Of a DNA stretch of 64,000 nucleotides, positions 61,507 through 64,000 are shown one piece after another. The stretch is from Octopus sinensis (lineage: Eukaryota), in assembly GCF_006345805.1 (NCBI RefSeq), contig NC_042999.1, positions 120,218,001-120,282,000 on the forward strand, written 5' to 3'. Positions within the stretch are counted from its first letter, which is position 1. Each line of letters begins with the position of its first letter. The notes beneath the pieces are model-generated. The model worked only from the letters and a program-made list of their open reading frames with translations. It had not been told where the DNA came from and ran no database searches. Made by a program: the position numbers and the translations under genes.

Positions 61507-61724
61507 TTACTTGTTTCAGTCATTTTGACTGCGGCCATGCTGGAGCACCGCCTTTCATCGAGCAACTCGACCCCGGGACTTATTCTTTGTAAGAATCCAC
61601 TCACAAGGATTTGGTCGGCCCGAGGCTATAGTCGAAGACACTTGCCCAAGGTGCCATGCAGTGGGACTGAACCCGGAACCTTGTGGTTGGTAAACAAGGT
61701 ACTTACCACACAGCCACTCCTGCG

Positions 61725-61727
<3 letters not shown>
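61507..61727 (-). mobile_element. 6465-family SINE with central deletion
   Basis: Head and tail intact; the ~200-bp microsatellite-bearing centre is missing. Confidence 0.85.
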
Positions 61728-61787
<60 letters not shown>

Positions 61788-61896
61788 TTATACCAATTCC
61801 TCCATATAAATAGAGAGATAGACAGACAGACAGCCAAACAGACAGACATACAGATAGATAGATAGATAGACAGACAGATATATGTGTATACGTATG

Positions 61897-61939
<43 letters not shown>

Positions 61940-62015
61940 ATAATCAAATGTCTGGTCTCCTGTTTTCGTTTGCGTAGGTTCTATTGACAGGTGTTAGACT
62001 TACTGGGTTGCATAC

Positions 62016-62058
<43 letters not shown>

Positions 62059-63056
62059 TATATATACATTATATATATATACATATATATATTATATGTA
62101 CATACACATATATGCATATATGCATACAGACAGGCATACATAGACTCACACATACATACATTGCTGGAGAAGTTATATGTAAAGCTGTATGCCTCTATGT
62201 TTTGTATCTATGCAAGTAGAAAGTAGACTTTGATATACCACTAAACTTCTTTTTTTTGAAAACACCATTGAGGATCATATTGAAAAATATTAATATTATG
62301 CGTTTATACTCTTTCTAATAACTCGTCATAGAATTATTAAAACTGTTTGAAGGTGAAAAGGAGCTGTCTGCTTTGCTATTTACCTTAGTAATAATTATTT
62401 GAATAATTGCAGTTGCTATATTATGATGTTTAGTTTCTTGTGAATGGAAACGATAATGGATTTCAGTATTACTGCGTATTTTTCTTATGAGTGATAGAAG
62501 TGTGATGTTGACAACAAAAACGTTTGAGAATCTAAGCAATTGATAGTGTGAGTGGAATATTAATTTATTCGCTGTATTTAAAAGAAATATATTGAATGAA
62601 ATATAGTGGCACTGTACTGTGCCAATGACCAATCCATTTAACTCTCAAATTACATACTGCATCGATATGTTAATAGCTATAAGTAGACGTAAATATTTAC
62701 ATGGTATATCAATGTGTAATTCGAATTTCTTTTGCAATGGTGAATCGACTTTTACCTATAGTGTCGCGTCACGAATACAGATTAACAACTTTCACTAAAC
62801 GAATGTCTCTAGACATATTACATGAAAAAAGAATATTTCCTTTGAACTTGTACGTTCCAATTAATTCTAAAACGGATATTAGTATATTGAAATTTATATT
62901 AATCGTATAAACTATATTACTTTTGTCAGCAGCGAAGGTTATTGTTTAAAATGATCTACGTAGAGAAAGGGACACTCACAGGCGGCGATTACGCATAAAA
63001 AATCCCTTCTGCAAATGTATGTATGTATTTATGTATGTATATACACATATATATAT

Positions 63057-63152
<96 letters not shown>

Positions 63153-63167
63153 ATATATATATGTATG

Positions 63168-63213
<46 letters not shown>

Positions 63214-63335
63214 AATAAACAATTATCATTTAGAAATATCTGAACGAGAGACATTCAGTAACAGTACTCTAGAGTAAAGATTATTTAGCCCCAGAGGATG
63301 GACTACCACCTTATGTTGGCAAATAGTATTTATTC

Positions 63336-63378
<43 letters not shown>

Positions 63379-63831
63379 GTATATATATATATATATATAT
63401 TTATTTATTAATTGGGAATATGTAATCCAGGTGTTTACATTTGGAAGTACCATTACGGACAGCGGCTATCGAAAACTGGGAGGGGAAATCCGTTTATGCA
63501 TATTAATTATTCAGCGTAAAGTGTGAAAAGTAAACATGGATTTCGCAACAATATTTTTATTTCATAGTTCACAATTTTTTCTACAATTCCCTGTTGACGA
63601 ATTGCGAGTCATGATTATAAACATGTTTGCAATTAATTTTCAAGTTTTCTCCATGCTTTTCTACGGTTTTCCGAAGAAATAATTTCCATTAATGCCCTGT
63701 GTCTTCATAGCTAGTATGATCATCACGCAAGATTATTCAAGAGGCCATCATAGAAACAATTGTAAGCTATGTAATAAAAATAATATCGCGAAATGCAATC
63801 GTCGGTACTTATTCTAAATATATATATATAT

Positions 63832-63894
63832 TCTTTTATTCTATTACTTGTTTCAGTCATTTGACCGCGGCGATCCTGGTGCACCACCTTGAAG
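63832..63894 (-). mobile_element. 3' tip of a 6465-family SINE
   Basis: TTACTTGTTTCAGTCATTTGACCGCGG. Confidence 0.7.
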
Positions 63895-64000
63895 TGTGTT
63901 GGTTTTTTTTTCAACAATTGCAGTGCTTTGCTGAAATCGACAGCGTGCTTGGTTGCAGACTTTCTACTAAAGAGGGGTCGAAATGATTTTTAGGAGTCTC

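Overview
AT-rich, microsatellite-dense animal genomic DNA. The SINE families and repeat make-up suggest an octopus or other coleoid cephalopod; this is an inference, not a database result. No intact host gene, rRNA, tRNA gene or CRISPR array can be supported, and most ORFs in the supplied track are simple-repeat read-throughs or transposon debris. The window is almost entirely retrotransposon-derived. (i) About 14 minimal type-I hammerhead-ribozyme-like motifs from at least 8 different Penelope-like (PLE) terminal-repeat families. Most sit at the inner ends of divergent inverted repeats next to (TA)n tracts, and several carry unusual core variants (CCGACGA, TTGAAAA, large helix-II insertions). 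(ii) A 30-55 kb zone with about 14 pieces of R4/Dong-like (TAA)n-targeting LINEs (RT + CCHC + restriction-like endonuclease). These include a near full-length frameshifted copy (49678-53735, minus) capped by five 24-bp 5' monomers and flanked by near-identical 68/69-bp TAT tracts. (iii) Decayed CR1-like, RTE, CRE-like and PLE coding relics. (iv) Many tRNA-derived SINEs, mariner relics, a pogo/Tigger-like MITE and a Helitron-like element. A few weak candidate host exons are noted. All ribozyme calls are motif and fold readings by eye and none is demonstrated active. Element boundaries are approximate unless stated.
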